This document shows positions 16,852-28,035 of a stretch of 64,000 nt of DNA, piece by piece. The stretch is from Candidatus Onthoplasma sp. (GTDB lineage Bacteria > Bacillota > Clostridia > Christensenellales > UBA1242). Position 1 is the first letter of the stretch. Each line of letters opens with the position of its first letter. The stretch is from contig JAZNKB010000006.1 in NCBI GenBank assembly GCA_045578345.1, positions 102,911-166,910 of the forward strand, in the 5' to 3' direction. The notes beneath the pieces are model-generated. The model had not been told where the DNA came from and searched no databases. It saw only the letters and a list, made by a program, of their open reading frames with translations. A program made the position numbers and the translations under genes.

Positions 16852-19384
16852 CGAAGTAAAGAATCAAGAATATAGATCAATAAAGCAACTTCAAGCAATG
16901 GTGGGAGAAAAGCAAATCATCAACCTTGCTGAAAAGTTTTACACTCTTAAAGGTGAAATGACTGCCTTGTTGAGAACTATAAAGGAAAAAGAGAACACGC
17001 TTATATTAAGCGAAGCAAAAACTCTATCTGAAAAACCAGAACCAAAAGTAGAAATTAAAACAGAAGAAAAACCTTCTGAAGTTTTTGCTGAATCAAAAGT
17101 AGAAGTTAAGGTTCAACCTCAACCTCAACAAAAGCAACAAAATTCTCAACCAAAACAAAGAGATGACAGAAACAATAACTATCAAAATCGCAATTCTTCT
17201 GACATAAACAATAGATTCAATCAACAAAATTCTAATAATAGATATCAAGGGCAAAATAGAAATAACCAAAATGGAACAAGACCGTTTAACCCTAATTATA
17301 AACCTGGTCAAAATCCTCGCCCAATGGGTAATGGAACAAGACCTTTTAATCCTAACTTTAAACCTGGTCAAAAACCAATGCAAAATAAGGACGTAATGAA
17401 TAAACGTCCGTCAATTAATTATGCTCAACCAGTCATAACAGCATCTCCAGCAAGAACCTTTGTAAATAAGAAGAAGGATAATGAAAGATTCGAAGAAAAA
17501 AGAGCATATTCAAAACGCGATTTGTTAAAACGTGGTATGCTTGATACTGGTGATGAAGATAGAGTAATTAATCGTAAAGTTAAAACTAAGAAAAAGGATG
17601 TTGAAACAAGTGAAGTTGTTAAACCTCAAGGTCCAGCAGTAATCACAACTGATAACATCACAGTAAAACTCCTTAGTGAAGTGAGCGGAAAACCGGTAAG
17701 CGAAATCATCAAGAAATTTATGATTTTGGGTATGATGGTTACAATCAATTCAACAATAGACTTTGCAACAGCTGAACTTATTTTATCTGATATGGGCATT
17801 GAACTCATACAAAAACTAGATAAAACAAGTGAAGAAAAACTTCTTGATTTGCAAAATACAATGCGTTCATATAACGAAGATGAAGCAGTCGAACGTGCTC
17901 CAATTGTAACAGTTATGGGTCACGTTGACCATGGTAAAACAAGCTTGCTTGACTATATCAGAAAATCAAAAGTAACATTAAGCGAAGCTGGAGGAATCAC
18001 TCAAGCAATCGGTGCTTACAGAGTGAATGTAAACGATAAATATATAACATTTATTGACACTCCAGGTCACGAAGCATTTACTGCAATGCGTGCTCGTGGT
18101 GCGTCAGTAACTGATATTGCAATTTTAATTGTTGCGGCAGATGATGGAATTATGCCACAAACAGTCGAAGCAATTAATCACATTAAATCTGCAAACATTC
18201 CAATGATTGTTGCAATTAACAAAATGGATAAACCTCAAGCCCAACCAGATAGAATAATGCAACAGTTGGCTGAACATAATGTTTTGCCAGAAGCATGGGG
18301 TGGTGACGCAATTATTTGTAAGATTTCAGCAAAAACTGGTGAAGGAATTGACAAACTCCTTGAAACAATCTTGCTTGTTGCAGACGTTCAAGGATTAAAA
18401 GCAAATCCAAATATTCCGGCAATGGGAACTGTTATGGAAGCACGTCTTGACAAGGGCCGTGGTCCAATTGCATCATTAATTGTTAGAGATGGTTCTCTTA
18501 AGGTTGGTGATACAATTGTTTGTGGAACAACATTGTGTAAGGTTAAAGCAATGATTGATGAGAACAACAAACAAGTTAAAGTTGCAACTCCTTCTATGCC
18601 AGTAACTGTTTTGGGCTTTAATGAAGTGCCACCAGCAGGTGAAACATTTACAGTTGTTGATGAAAAATTATCTAAACAAATTGTTGAAGAAAGAAAAGCA
18701 AAACAAAAAGAAGAACTTATTAAAGGTAGTGGTGGAAACACTCTTGAAGACTTGTTACAAAAAACAAGTGAAAAAGATATGAAGATTTTGAATATTGTTC
18801 TTAAGACTGATGTTCATGGCTCACTTGAAGCAATCAAAGGTTCTGTGATGAAACTTGTTAATGACGAAGTTAAAATTAACATTCTTCACAGTGGTGTGGG
18901 TGCAGTGAGTGAAAGTGATTTAATTCTTGCAGGGGCATCAAATGCAATGGTGATTGCATTTAATATTGGTCAAGATAGTAAAGTCAAAACTCTTGCTGAA
19001 AGAATGAAAATTAAGATATATTCTTATAAAATCATATATGAATTGCTCGAAGAGTTAGAACGTGTAATTAAAGGTATGAAAGAACCTAAATATGAAGAAG
19101 TCTACCTTGGAAAAGCAGAAGTTATGATGGTGTTTAAACTTTCAAATGCGGGAATTGTTGCTGGATCAATGGTTAGAGATGGTAAAATTGTTCGTAATGA
19201 ACACGCAAAGATATATCGTAATGGTGAATTAATCACAACAACTGACATTAAATCAGTTAAAGTGGTTAAAGACGACGTGAAAGAAGTTGGCAAAGACCGT
19301 GAATGTGGTATTAAAACTAACTATGATGACGTTGCAGTTGGTGATATTATTGAATGTTATACTCTTAAAAGGATTGATGATTAA
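16844..19384 (+). CDS. infB: translation initiation factor IF-2
   Basis: [17 protein letters not shown]-domain. TTG start after AAAGGAG. Q/N/P-rich N-terminal region. Confidence 0.97.
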   Translation: MANEVKNQEYRSIKQLQAMVGEKQIINLAEKFYTLKGEMTALLRTIKEKENTLILSEAKTLSEKPEPKVEIKTEEKPSEVFAESKVEVKVQPQPQQKQQNSQPKQRDDRNNNYQNRNSSDINNRFNQQNSNNRYQGQNRNNQNGTRPFNPNYKPGQNPRPMGNGTRPFNPNFKPGQKPMQNKDVMNKRPSINYAQPVITASPARTFVNKKKDNERFEEKRAYSKRDLLKRGMLDTGDEDRVINRKVKTKKKDVETSEVVKPQGPAVITTDNITVKLLSEVSGKPVSEIIKKFMILGMMVTINSTIDFATAELILSDMGIELIQKLDKTSEEKLLDLQNTMRSYNEDEAVERAPIVTVMGHVDHGKTSLLDYIRKSKVTLSEAGGITQAIGAYRVNVNDKYITFIDTPGHEAFTAMRARGASVTDIAILIVAADDGIMPQTVEAINHIKSANIPMIVAINKMDKPQAQPDRIMQQLAEHNVLPEAWGGDAIICKISAKTGEGIDKLLETILLVADVQGLKANPNIPAMGTVMEARLDKGRGPIASLIVRDGSLKVGDTIVCGTTLCKVKAMIDENNKQVKVATPSMPVTVLGFNEVPPAGETFTVVDEKLSKQIVEERKAKQKEELIKGSGGNTLEDLLQKTSEKDMKILNIVLKTDVHGSLEAIKGSVMKLVNDEVKINILHSGVGAVSESDLILAGASNAMVIAFNIGQDSKVKTLAERMKIKIYSYKIIYELLEELERVIKGMKEPKYEEVYLGKAEVMMVFKLSNAGIVAGSMVRDGKIVRNEHAKIYRNGELITTTDIKSVKVVKDDVKEVGKDRECGIKTNYDDVAVGDIIECYTLKRIDD
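17270..17389 (+). repeat. 60-bp tandem duplication inside infB
   Basis: [20 protein letters not shown] / [20 protein letters not shown]; the DNA copies start at 17270 and 17330. Confidence 0.85.
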
Positions 19385-19755
19385 TGAAAAGTGTTAGAAT
19401 TGAAAGAATCAACAGTGAAATCCAAAAAGCAATTTCTCACATTATCGACAATGAAGTTAGAGATCCGCAAATTGACGCAATAATTAGTGTGAGTAACGTT
19501 GAAACCACACCAGATTTGTCATATTGTAGGGTTTTCATAACATCAATTGGTTCAACACCGTCAAATGAAGTTTTAAATCGAATTAAAGGTGCGGCAGGTT
19601 TTATTCGTGGAAGATTAAGCAAGATGATAAAACTTAGAATAACTCCAAGATTAGAATTTTTAAAGGATGAATCAGTTGAATATGCTTCAAACATTGAAAA
19701 TATCTTAAAAAACATCACTTATTCAACCGAAGATGATAATGATGATGAAGAATAG
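19384..19755 (+). CDS. rbfA: ribosome-binding factor A
   Basis: Typical RbfA N-terminus (RINSEIQKAISHII); follows infB. Confidence 0.93.
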   Translation: MKSVRIERINSEIQKAISHIIDNEVRDPQIDAIISVSNVETTPDLSYCRVFITSIGSTPSNEVLNRIKGAAGFIRGRLSKMIKLRITPRLEFLKDESVEYASNIENILKNITYSTEDDNDDEE

Positions 19756-20590
19756 AGGAATAATTCCAATAAATAAACCTAAAGACTGGACTAGTTTTGA
19801 TGTGGTAAACAAGCTGAAATACAAGCTGAAACCACTCAAAGCTGGTCATTTAGGTACACTCGATCCAATGGCAACAGGCGTTTTGCTTGTGACTGTTGGA
19901 AAAGCAACAAAATTATTTGATTTAATGCAAGAAAAAACAAAAACATATGTTGCAACTTTTCAGTTTGGCTATGTTACCGACACTTTAGATGCAACTGGTA
20001 AAATAGAACTGAGTTGTAATACTATACCAACAGAGGATGAAATTTTAAATGTTTTGCCTAAGTTTGTTGGAAAAATTAGTCAAGTTCCACCCAAATATAG
20101 TGCGAAATCAATAAATGGTCAAAGAGCCTATGATTTAGCAAGAACAGGTGTGGAATTTAAATTAAAACCTAAAGTGGTTGAAATTTTCAATATTAAACTA
20201 TTATCTTATTTGAATGGTAGTTTAACATTGGAAATTGAATGTGGTAGTGGAACATATATTCGCTCAATCGGACGAGATATTGCATATGAACTAAATACAT
20301 TAGCAACCATGACTGAACTTGTCCGAACTAAAGTTGGGAATTTTGATTTAAATAGTTGTATAGACATTCAAGAAATTGATGATGTTCAAAATTCAATTAT
20401 TCCAATTAAAGCAATTTTAACCTTTGAAAAGTTGAATTTAAACGAAAATGAAGTGTTTAAACTTTTAAACGGACAAAGACTTAATCTCACTAAACCTAAT
20501 GGCATTTATTCAATAGAAGACGAAATTGATACCATTGCTTTGGTGGATATTAAAGAAAATATAGCAAAAATGTCACTTTTCTTAGGTTAA
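19733..20590 (+). CDS. truB: tRNA pseudouridine-55 synthase
   Basis: GHLGTLDPMATGVL catalytic motif. Several in-frame ATGs lie between 19733 and 19745. Confidence 0.93.
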   Translation: MIMMMKNRGIIPINKPKDWTSFDVVNKLKYKLKPLKAGHLGTLDPMATGVLLVTVGKATKLFDLMQEKTKTYVATFQFGYVTDTLDATGKIELSCNTIPTEDEILNVLPKFVGKISQVPPKYSAKSINGQRAYDLARTGVEFKLKPKVVEIFNIKLLSYLNGSLTLEIECGSGTYIRSIGRDIAYELNTLATMTELVRTKVGNFDLNSCIDIQEIDDVQNSIIPIKAILTFEKLNLNENEVFKLLNGQRLNLTKPNGIYSIEDEIDTIALVDIKENIAKMSLFLG

Positions 20591-20593
20591 AAG

Positions 20594-20622
20594 TTGGCAT
20601 AACTTAATAAATATGCTATAAT
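20594..20622 (+). promoter_or_regulatory. efp promoter (extended -10)
   Basis: TTGGCA, 17 nt, TGc-TATAAT. Confidence 0.55.
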
Positions 20623-20658
20623 GAAATAGATAAATTATAATTAAAGGAGAAAATTTAA

Positions 20659-21237
20659 ATGATTACAGCAGGAGATATTAGAAAAGGCGTGATTTTTGAT
20701 GATGGTTCATCAACTGATCCTAAAAAACCAAGTTTGTTTTTAGTTGTTGACTTTCAACACGTTAAACCAGGAAAGGGAGCAGCATTTGTTAGAACAACAA
20801 TTAAAAATGTTTTAACTGGCAAAGTTTTGGAAAGAACTTATAATCCAAGTGAAAAAATCAACGACATTTCAATTGAAAGAAAAGAAATGATGTATTTGTA
20901 TAATGAAGGTGGATTATACTATTTCATGGATAATGAAACATATGATCAAATTCCTTTCAACTATGATAGTGTTAAAGAAGCTTTGAACTTTATCGTTGAA
21001 AATACAAACTGTCAAGTTCAATTCTATAATGGTCAACCAATCAATGTTGAACCACCTATGTTTGTTGAATTAACAATCACTAAGGCAGAACCAGGTGTTA
21101 GAGGTGACACAGTTAAAACTGGTGGTAAACCAGCAACTTTAGAAACAGGATATGTAATTCAAGTTCCATTGTTTGTTAACGAAGGTGAAAGAGTTCGTGT
21201 TGACACAAGAACTGGTGAATACATGGAAAGAGTGTAG
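20659..21237 (+). CDS. efp: elongation factor P
   Basis: [13 protein letters not shown] loop and three-domain length. Confidence 0.96.
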   Translation: MITAGDIRKGVIFDDGSSTDPKKPSLFLVVDFQHVKPGKGAAFVRTTIKNVLTGKVLERTYNPSEKINDISIERKEMMYLYNEGGLYYFMDNETYDQIPFNYDSVKEALNFIVENTNCQVQFYNGQPINVEPPMFVELTITKAEPGVRGDTVKTGGKPATLETGYVIQVPLFVNEGERVRVDTRTGEYMERV

Positions 21238-21295
21238 GATTTTGTCTAATTAAAAATGCAAAATTTTAACTAATATTAAATAAAAGAACGAAAAA

Positions 21296-21324
21296 CCGAT
21301 ACTATTGCAGTATTGGTTTTTTTT
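21296..21324 (+). terminator. rho-independent terminator
   Basis: CCGATACT/AGTATTGG stem plus T8. Overlaps the track start 21313 of the next ORF. Confidence 0.7.
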
Positions 21325-21360
21325 CTGCATGAAAAACGGCATTTTTTAATATTTTTAAAT

Positions 21361-22266
21361 ATGTTAAAAGATTATTTGGACAGAGATATTTATAATTTAA
21401 TTATCAAAAATTTTAGTTTTAATGACATCACTGAAATTAGAATGAGAGTCAATGAAAAAATCATTATAGTGATTAAGAATAAAAAGTATTTTTTAAAGAG
21501 TGACAATGGCGAATTCATTGTAATAAATCGATTTATTCTAGACAATTTCATTAAAAAAATAAGCGAAAATTCACTTTATGCATTCAATGAAAGCATAATT
21601 AATGGTTATATTACCTTAAATAAAGGCATAAGAGTTGGGCTATGTGGGACAGTTGTTATGGATGAAAACAAGGTTGTAACAATAAAAGATTTTCAATCTG
21701 TTAACATACGAATTCCACATACAATTAGAAATTGCAGTGTTCCGGCTTATGATTTTTTGGTTGATGAAAATGTGAAAAACACGCTGATTATTTCATCACC
21801 AGGATGCGGTAAGACCACATTTTTAAGAGATTTCATTTTTCAACTTAATGAGAAGAACTTGCCGATAAATATTCTAATTGCTGATGAACGAAATGAAATT
21901 TGTTCTGTTTCTAATGGTGAGATTAATCAATATTTAGGCGGTTTTTGTGATATATACACAAATTGTAGTAAAACATTTGCTTTCAAAAATGGTATAAGGA
22001 GCATGAGCCCAGACGTTATTGTGACTGATGAAATTGATTTGGATTATGACCTTAATTCACTTCTTGAAGCAATGAATTGTGGGGTTAATGTTATTGCAAC
22101 AATTCATGCAAAGGACTTAAATCAGCTGAAAAGGAAAAAGGGTTTTGATGAGATTATTGATAATAAGATTTTTTCACGTTTTGTTGTTTTGACAAATGAA
22201 GATGGCCCTGGGACATTGGCGCAAATTTATGATGAAAAACTGAATTGTTTGTTTTGCAGAATTTAG
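21361..22266 (+). CDS. spoIIIAA: stage III sporulation protein AA (ATPase)
   Basis: Walker A SSPGCGKTT; EIRMRVNE N-terminal motif; first gene of an eight-gene block. Confidence 0.85.
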   Translation: MLKDYLDRDIYNLIIKNFSFNDITEIRMRVNEKIIIVIKNKKYFLKSDNGEFIVINRFILDNFIKKISENSLYAFNESIINGYITLNKGIRVGLCGTVVMDENKVVTIKDFQSVNIRIPHTIRNCSVPAYDFLVDENVKNTLIISSPGCGKTTFLRDFIFQLNEKNLPINILIADERNEICSVSNGEINQYLGGFCDIYTNCSKTFAFKNGIRSMSPDVIVTDEIDLDYDLNSLLEAMNCGVNVIATIHAKDLNQLKRKKGFDEIIDNKIFSRFVVLTNEDGPGTLAQIYDEKLNCLFCRI

Positions 22267-22277
22267 TGGAGTGAGTC

Positions 22278-22751
22278 ATGAAATGGATTTTAATTGTTGT
22301 TTTAATTTGTGTGATTATGTTGATTGCACATTCATTAAGTGAACAATATAAAGAAAAATATGATTTTTATAATAACTTAAAAATGTTTTTGAATCAATTT
22401 AAGCTGAATCTATCGTTTAGACAAGAAAAAATTATTGACTTTTTAGAAAAAGTGAAAGCAAAAAAACAGTTCAATTTATTTATTAATTCATATAAAAACT
22501 ATTTAAAAACTAACAACTTAGATTTTAGCGAAATAAAAATACTGGACCATGAAGAAAAAAATCAAATGGAAACAATTGTAACAAACATTGGAAAACTTGA
22601 TGCAAAAAATGAAATTAATCAAATCGAAACATTCATTGTTGAAATTGACGAAAAGTTATCAAAGGCACAAAACGATAAGAATAAGTTGTGTCCAATGATT
22701 TTAAAATTATCACTTTTATTTGCAATTGGACTTGCTGTTATTTTGATTTAA
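22278..22751 (+). CDS. spoIIIAB: stage III sporulation protein AB
   Basis: Size, terminal TM segments and operon position. Confidence 0.7.
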   Translation: MKWILIVVLICVIMLIAHSLSEQYKEKYDFYNNLKMFLNQFKLNLSFRQEKIIDFLEKVKAKKQFNLFINSYKNYLKTNNLDFSEIKILDHEEKNQMETIVTNIGKLDAKNEINQIETFIVEIDEKLSKAQNDKNKLCPMILKLSLLFAIGLAVILI

Positions 22752-22767
22752 CAAAAAAGGAGAGTGT

Positions 22768-22956
22768 ATGGAAATTATTTTCAAATTAGCTGGAATTGGA
22801 CTTATAACGTCAATTGTAAACCAAATTTTAAAATATTGCGGAAAAGAAGAGATTGCACATATAACAACACTTGCAGGGTTAATTATTAGTCTTTTAATTA
22901 TGGTAGACTTGGTTGAAGATTTGTTTGTTACAGTTAAGAATTTGTTCGTGTTTTAG
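22768..22956 (+). CDS. spoIIIAC: stage III sporulation protein AC
   Basis: 62-aa two-TM protein; operon position. Confidence 0.8.
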   Translation: MEIIFKLAGIGLITSIVNQILKYCGKEEIAHITTLAGLIISLLIMVDLVEDLFVTVKNLFVF

Positions 22957-22961
22957 GTGTT

Positions 22962-23348
22962 ATGATTGAATTATTAAAAATTTTAGCAGTGGCATTGGTC
23001 ACGGTTTTTGCACATATGCTTATAAAGCAAACAAGGCCAGAAATTGCCATGTTGATTACAATTGTTGGAAGTATATTAATTATCGTTATGGCAGTTAATG
23101 TGTTAAACTCTGTCATAGTTTCTTTTTATCAAATTTTTCATAAAACAGGTGTTGAAAGTACATTATTAACCCCACTACTTAAAATTGTTGCAATTGGATA
23201 CATTGCGGAATTTGGAGCAAACATATGTTTAGATGCTGGAGCGAGCAGCGTTGCAGATAAAATTTTGTTTTCAGCAAAACTGATTATTCTTGTTATTGCA
23301 ATGCCAATTATAACAACAGTCATTGACATGGTGGTGGCCCTTTTATGA
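22962..23348 (+). CDS. spoIIIAD: stage III sporulation protein AD
   Basis: 128-aa polytopic protein; operon position. Confidence 0.8.
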   Translation: MIELLKILAVALVTVFAHMLIKQTRPEIAMLITIVGSILIIVMAVNVLNSVIVSFYQIFHKTGVESTLLTPLLKIVAIGYIAEFGANICLDAGASSVADKILFSAKLIILVIAMPIITTVIDMVVALL

Positions 23349-24577
23349 TAAGAATGAAAAGAAAACATTTTATTGAACAACGTAGTAACAATGTAATAAT
23401 AATACTCATGATTGTTTTAGTTTCTTTGTTCTCAATTATATCACCACTTGAAACCTTTTGTGCATCTGAAAAACTTTATTCGCTAAACGAAGATCTAAAT
23501 AGTGCAGTTGTTGATGAATTAAAAGAAATCGATTTTTCCGGTTTCAACGATGTTATTTACGACTTTAATTCAAAGGATACCAATATATTTTCAATTGAAA
23601 GCGTAAAAGCTAAAGTATATTCCATTATTTCAGGTGAAAGTGCGGTTGATTATTCAAATTTTTTCGCAAGTTTATGTTCAAATCTTGTTGAGATGGTTGT
23701 AAAATATTTACCGATCATTTCGATCATCATTGGAATAGGTGTGATAAGCAATTTGTTAAACGGAATTAAAAGTAAATTTAATGAAAAATCAACAAGTAAT
23801 TTAATTAGCTTAGTTTGTTTCTTATCAGTTTGTGTATTGGTTATCGGAATTGTAACAAACTTGTCAAAATCAACAGGTAAAGCAATAGACACCATGGTGT
23901 CGCAAATGAACACGTTGTTTCCAATTTTGTTAACACTTATGATAGGTCTTGGAGCAAATGCCAGTGCAGGAGCTTTTAAACCAATTGTGGCAATAATTTC
24001 AACATATGTTGCAGATTTTTTTAATTTCTTTATTTTGCCATTGTTTATGATAAGTTTTGTGTTTGGAATTATTTCTAATTTGTCAGACAACATTAAAATT
24101 GATAAGTTTAGCTCATTCATTTCAAGTTTATTTAAATGGAGCGTTGGACTTGTTTTTACTTTATTTTTTGCTATTTTTTCATTGCAAGGAATTGCGGTCG
24201 GAAGTTTTGATAGCCTTAGCATAAGAACAACCAAATATACAATAAAAAGTTACGTTCCAGTGATGGGAGGTTTTTTGTCTGATGGAATGGATTTAATAAT
24301 GTCAAGCACATTACTGATTAAAAATGCTGTTGGCTTAGTTGGAGTTTTAATGATTATTTCAACGATAATTTCGCCTTTATTGGAAATTGTTGTTTTCAGT
24401 TTAATGTTAAAACTCGTTTCGGCAGTTTTGCAACCACTTGGCAACAGCAAAACTTCAAATTTCTTGTCATCAACTTCAAAATCAATAACAATGCTTTCAA
24501 GTGCAATAATAGCAATTGGATTTATGTATTTAATTTCAATAGGTTTGGTGATGACAACTTCTAATGTGGTGGTGTGA
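23345..24577 (+). CDS. spoIIIAE: stage III sporulation protein AE
   Basis: 410-aa polytopic protein with signal-like N-terminus; operon position. Confidence 0.85.
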   Translation: MIRMKRKHFIEQRSNNVIIILMIVLVSLFSIISPLETFCASEKLYSLNEDLNSAVVDELKEIDFSGFNDVIYDFNSKDTNIFSIESVKAKVYSIISGESAVDYSNFFASLCSNLVEMVVKYLPIISIIIGIGVISNLLNGIKSKFNEKSTSNLISLVCFLSVCVLVIGIVTNLSKSTGKAIDTMVSQMNTLFPILLTLMIGLGANASAGAFKPIVAIISTYVADFFNFFILPLFMISFVFGIISNLSDNIKIDKFSSFISSLFKWSVGLVFTLFFAIFSLQGIAVGSFDSLSIRTTKYTIKSYVPVMGGFLSDGMDLIMSSTLLIKNAVGLVGVLMIISTIISPLLEIVVFSLMLKLVSAVLQPLGNSKTSNFLSSTSKSITMLSSAIIAIGFMYLISIGLVMTTSNVVV

Positions 24578-25050
24578 TGGCAGGTTATATATTAAGTATT
24601 TTAGGAATTGTGATTGCAGGTGTTTTTATTGATATTATTGTTCCAAGTGGGAGTATAAGCAAATATATAAAGGGAATATATTCTATTTTCGTTGTAGCAG
24701 TGATAATAAGCCCTGTGATCAAATTTTTAAACAAATCACACGACTTCACAATCAAATATGAAGAATATAATATCAATGATAATTTGCTTAAATATATTTA
24801 TACTATGCGAGCAACATCACTAGAAACAAATATTGAAAAAGTCTTAAATGAAGAAGGATTTTCCGGAGTCGACATAATAATCAAGTTTTCGATTGAAAAT
24901 AACGAATTAAAATATAATTCATGTTATGCAAATTTAAAAAATTTGGAAATTAGCGCGGACAAGCAGCATATAAATAAGTATGAATTCATTATGGAAATCA
25001 TTAAGGAGAATACAAACTTAACCGAAGAGGAGATAATCATTGATGAGTGA
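24574..25050 (+). CDS. spoIIIAF: stage III sporulation protein AF
   Basis: Two N-terminal TM segments (..IIVPSGSISKYIKGIYSIFVV..); operon position. Confidence 0.7.
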   Translation: MMAGYILSILGIVIAGVFIDIIVPSGSISKYIKGIYSIFVVAVIISPVIKFLNKSHDFTIKYEEYNINDNLLKYIYTMRATSLETNIEKVLNEEGFSGVDIIIKFSIENNELKYNSCYANLKNLEISADKQHINKYEFIMEIIKENTNLTEEEIIIDE

Positions 25051-25489
25051 TAAAGAAAAACAGCCAACAGTAACTTGGCTCAGTAAACTAAAGAACATAA
25101 AACACATTGAAATTTATATTGCTATAATTTTTATTGTGATAATAGTACTGATTTATATGTCTACAAACAAATCAAAAGAAAAAACTCAATTGAATTTATC
25201 AAATGATATGTCCATCACAAGCTATATTGAAAGAATTGAACAAAACCTCGAAGAAAGTTTGTCAAACATTGCTGGTGTTAGTAACGTCAGAGTTATGATA
25301 ACCCTAAATTTAAACGACATGGAAGTTGTTGATGATAAAATAAGCATTACAACATTCCCAGAAATTAAAGGTGTTTTAGTTACAGCAAAAGGTGTAAATA
25401 ACACTGCCAATAAAATGAAAGTTCTTCATGCAATTCAAGCTGTGGTTGATGTGACAAATGGAAACATTGAAATTTTATCAAGTGAATAG
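25040..25489 (+). CDS. spoIIIAG: stage III sporulation protein AG
   Basis: N-terminal TM; C-terminal GVSNVRVMITLN...IKGVLVTAKG pattern. Confidence 0.75.
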   Translation: MMSDKEKQPTVTWLSKLKNIKHIEIYIAIIFIVIIVLIYMSTNKSKEKTQLNLSNDMSITSYIERIEQNLEESLSNIAGVSNVRVMITLNLNDMEVVDDKISITTFPEIKGVLVTAKGVNNTANKMKVLHAIQAVVDVTNGNIEILSSE

Positions 25490-25497
25490 GAGGATTT

Positions 25498-25986
25498 ATG
25501 AAAACATTATCAAAAAAGAAAAAAATTATTATTTTATCTGCTATGGTAGCATTATTATTAGTAACAGGTTATGTTAATGTGGCGCTTAATAGTTCGTTAT
25601 CAAGCGGAGCAACTCAAACAAGTGCCAGCACAACGTCAGCGAACTTCTACACAAACTATAGATCTGAACGTGAAGCAACAAGAACACAAGAAATTCAATT
25701 TTATGATTCAATAATTGCCAGCGCAACATCAAGCGAAGAAGCAAAAGTTGAAGCAGAAGCTAACAAAATAGCTCTCATTACGCAAATGGAAAAAGAATTA
25801 GTAACTGAAGGAATTATTCGTGGAAAGGGCTTTTCAGATGCAATTGTAACATCATCTTCATCAAATGTTAATGTCTTTGTTAAATCAGCAGAATTGACTT
25901 CTGCCGAAGTTGCTCAAATCACAACAGTTGTAACAGAACAATTGAACGTTGAACTCGACAAAATTATTATCATCCCTTCAGAATAA
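25498..25986 (+). CDS. spoIIIAH: stage III sporulation protein AH
   Basis: N-terminal TM, YRSEREATR segment and C-terminal GFSDAIV..VNVFVKS pattern. Confidence 0.7.
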   Translation: MKTLSKKKKIIILSAMVALLLVTGYVNVALNSSLSSGATQTSASTTSANFYTNYRSEREATRTQEIQFYDSIIASATSSEEAKVEAEANKIALITQMEKELVTEGIIRGKGFSDAIVTSSSSNVNVFVKSAELTSAEVAQITTVVTEQLNVELDKIIIIPSE

Positions 25987-26023
25987 TGAATTGAAAGATT
26001 TACAATTTATTTATTTCAAATCA

Positions 26024-26052
26024 TTGCAAAAAACAGAAACTTGTGGTATAAT
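26024..26052 (+). promoter_or_regulatory. sigma-A promoter (extended -10)
   Basis: TTGCAA, 17 nt, TGg-TATAAT. Confidence 0.55.
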
Positions 26053-26073
26053 ACACTAAAGAGGGAATAAATT

Positions 26074-26430
26074 ATGGCACAAATTAAAAATTTAAATGGT
26101 GAACATAATACTTACATGAATCAAAACATGATTTTGTCAATTGTAAGTTTGGCAACCAAAGAAATTAAAGGTGTTGTTGACGTATATCAACCTAAGAAAT
26201 TAACATTCAAACGTTTGTTTACCAAAAATGTTGGTAAAGGTGTTAGAATTAAAAACACTCAAAATGGTGTTGTTATTGATATTTACGTTGTTGTTTCAAC
26301 TGACTGCGAAGTAAACGATATTGTGTATAGAATTCAACAAAACGTTAAGAATAGTTTAACATCATTGTTGCCATTGAAAATTAAGGCAATTAACGTTAAC
26401 ATTAAAGATGCAGAAAAAATTTCTCTCTAA
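26074..26430 (+). CDS. Asp23/Gls24 family alkaline-shock protein
   Basis: ILSIVSLATKEIKGVV pattern; sits before nusB as yqhY does in Bacillus. Confidence 0.85.
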   Translation: MAQIKNLNGEHNTYMNQNMILSIVSLATKEIKGVVDVYQPKKLTFKRLFTKNVGKGVRIKNTQNGVVIDIYVVVSTDCEVNDIVYRIQQNVKNSLTSLLPLKIKAINVNIKDAEKISL

Positions 26431-26447
26431 AATTAGAGAGAATTTTT
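26421..26447 (+). terminator. rho-independent terminator
   Basis: TTCTCTCTA/TAGAGAGAA stem plus T5. Confidence 0.65.
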
Positions 26448-26488
26448 CTCTTTTGTGATAAAATTTAAAACAATTTAGGAGAAAACAC

Positions 26489-26860
26489 ATGAAAAGAACA
26501 AGTGCAAGAGAACTTGCTTTTAAAACAATATACTCAAAGTTTTTTAATGCTGAAGAGTCGGATGAATTAGAGCAAGCAGACAAAGAAGGCTTAGAATTTA
26601 CATCTAAAATCTTGAAAGCTTTTGCAAGTAATTATTCAGAAATCAATGAAATCATTTCATCTCATTTGAAAGGTTACACAATTGAAAGATTATTTAAAAT
26701 TGACCTTGCAATAATCACATTGGCGGTTATTGAACTTAAATTCATTAATGAAAACCCGAAAGAAGTGGTAATTAATGAAGCTGTTGAACTTGCAAAAAAA
26801 TATTCAACAGACAAAAGTCCAAGATTTATTAACGGAGTGCTTGCTGACATAGTTAAATAA
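26489..26860 (+). CDS. nusB: transcription antitermination factor NusB
   Basis: RELAFKTIY N-terminus; ends ..FINGVLADI. Confidence 0.9.
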   Translation: MKRTSARELAFKTIYSKFFNAEESDELEQADKEGLEFTSKILKAFASNYSEINEIISSHLKGYTIERLFKIDLAIITLAVIELKFINENPKEVVINEAVELAKKYSTDKSPRFINGVLADIVK

Positions 26861-28035
26861 TGAAAATTTTTAGTGTTTCTGAATTAAATAGAATAATAAA
26901 AAATATCATAGACAATGAAGTTGTTTGGGAAGACATAACTGTGACTGGTGAGTTGTCTAGTTTTTCGATTACAAGAAACATTGCATATTTCACCTTAAAA
27001 GATAATGATAATTTATTAAGTTGTGTTCAATTTGGTTGCAAAAATGACTATAAAATTGGAGATATGGTTCAATGTCGTGGAAATATTAAATATTATCCAA
27101 AAGGTGGGAAATTAACTTTTAATGCACTAACGATTGAACCTTGCGGACAAGGTGAGTTATATAAGCAATTCTTAGAGCTCAAAGATAAACTAGAGAAAGA
27201 AGGATTGTTTAGTACCGAAAATAAAATTCCAATTCCAAAATTTGTAAATTCAATTGGAGTGGTAACAAGTAAAACTGGTGCAGTTTTGCAAGATATCAAG
27301 AATGTCACAAGCAGAAGAAATCCAAACCTTGATATTTACGTTTATGATGCACAAGTGCAAGGAAAGTTTGCAGTTTCTGACGTTATTCAGGGCATAACTT
27401 ACTTTGATAATATGACAGACGTTGATGTTATCATTGTTGCGCGTGGTGGCGGAAGCATTGAAGACTTAATGCCTTTCAACGACGAAGAACTTGCAAGAAT
27501 TGCTTATATTTGTAACAAACCGATTATAAGTGCTGTGGGGCATGAAACAGACTTTTCAATTCTTGATTTTGTTTCAGACCTAAGAGCTCCAACACCAAGC
27601 GCTGCAGCCGAGTTGGTAACTTTTGATTGTACTGAATTAAAGAGATATGTAAAAGATGTTGCAACTAATATTCAAAATTTGGTTTTAAACCAATTTAACG
27701 AACTAAACACAAATGTTATGACCAATATAAATGACATTGAAAGAAATGTAACGTCAATGACAAATGATCAGATTCTTAATATTAATGATTTGTTAAACAG
27801 AGTTGAAAAATCAACTGAAAACAAAATTGAAAATTCAATATATAGAGTTAATATATCATTAAACACACTAGATAAGTTAAACCCCAGCAAGTTGTTGATG
27901 TCTGGTTATTCATATGCAACAAACAAAAATGAACCAATTAACTTTGAAAATACGCAGGTTGGCGATAATATTGAAATACGAACCCTTAACTTAAAATTCA
28001 ATGCAAAAGTAACTAATAAGGAGAAAATATGTTAG
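26860..28035 (+). CDS. xseA: exodeoxyribonuclease VII large subunit
   Basis: OB-fold N-terminus, ARGGGSIEDL motif, coiled C-terminus. Confidence 0.92.
   Translation: MKIFSVSELNRIIKNIIDNEVVWEDITVTGELSSFSITRNIAYFTLKDNDNLLSCVQFGCKNDYKIGDMVQCRGNIKYYPKGGKLTFNALTIEPCGQGELYKQFLELKDKLEKEGLFSTENKIPIPKFVNSIGVVTSKTGAVLQDIKNVTSRRNPNLDIYVYDAQVQGKFAVSDVIQGITYFDNMTDVDVIIVARGGGSIEDLMPFNDEELARIAYICNKPIISAVGHETDFSILDFVSDLRAPTPSAAAELVTFDCTELKRYVKDVATNIQNLVLNQFNELNTNVMTNINDIERNVTSMTNDQILNINDLLNRVEKSTENKIENSIYRVNISLNTLDKLNPSKLLMSGYSYATNKNEPINFENTQVGDNIEIRTLNLKFNAKVTNKEKIC

Noticed and set aside
21325-21360. Sigma-E type promoter for spoIIIA
   Set aside because: I could not find a convincing match to the sigma-E -35/-10 consensus by eye in the 36 nt between the efp terminator and ATG 21361, so no promoter is called.
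23650-24234. 194-aa antisense ORF inside spoIIIAE, and similar antisense or overlapping track ORFs (for example 619-951, 2261-2563, 8712-8972, 9726-10085, 17093-17383, 18388-18741, 39200-39625, 43280-43642, 60392-61012, 62255-62614)
   Set aside because: All lie opposite or out of frame within well-supported conserved genes, lack RBSs, and have low-complexity products typical of AT-rich antisense frames.
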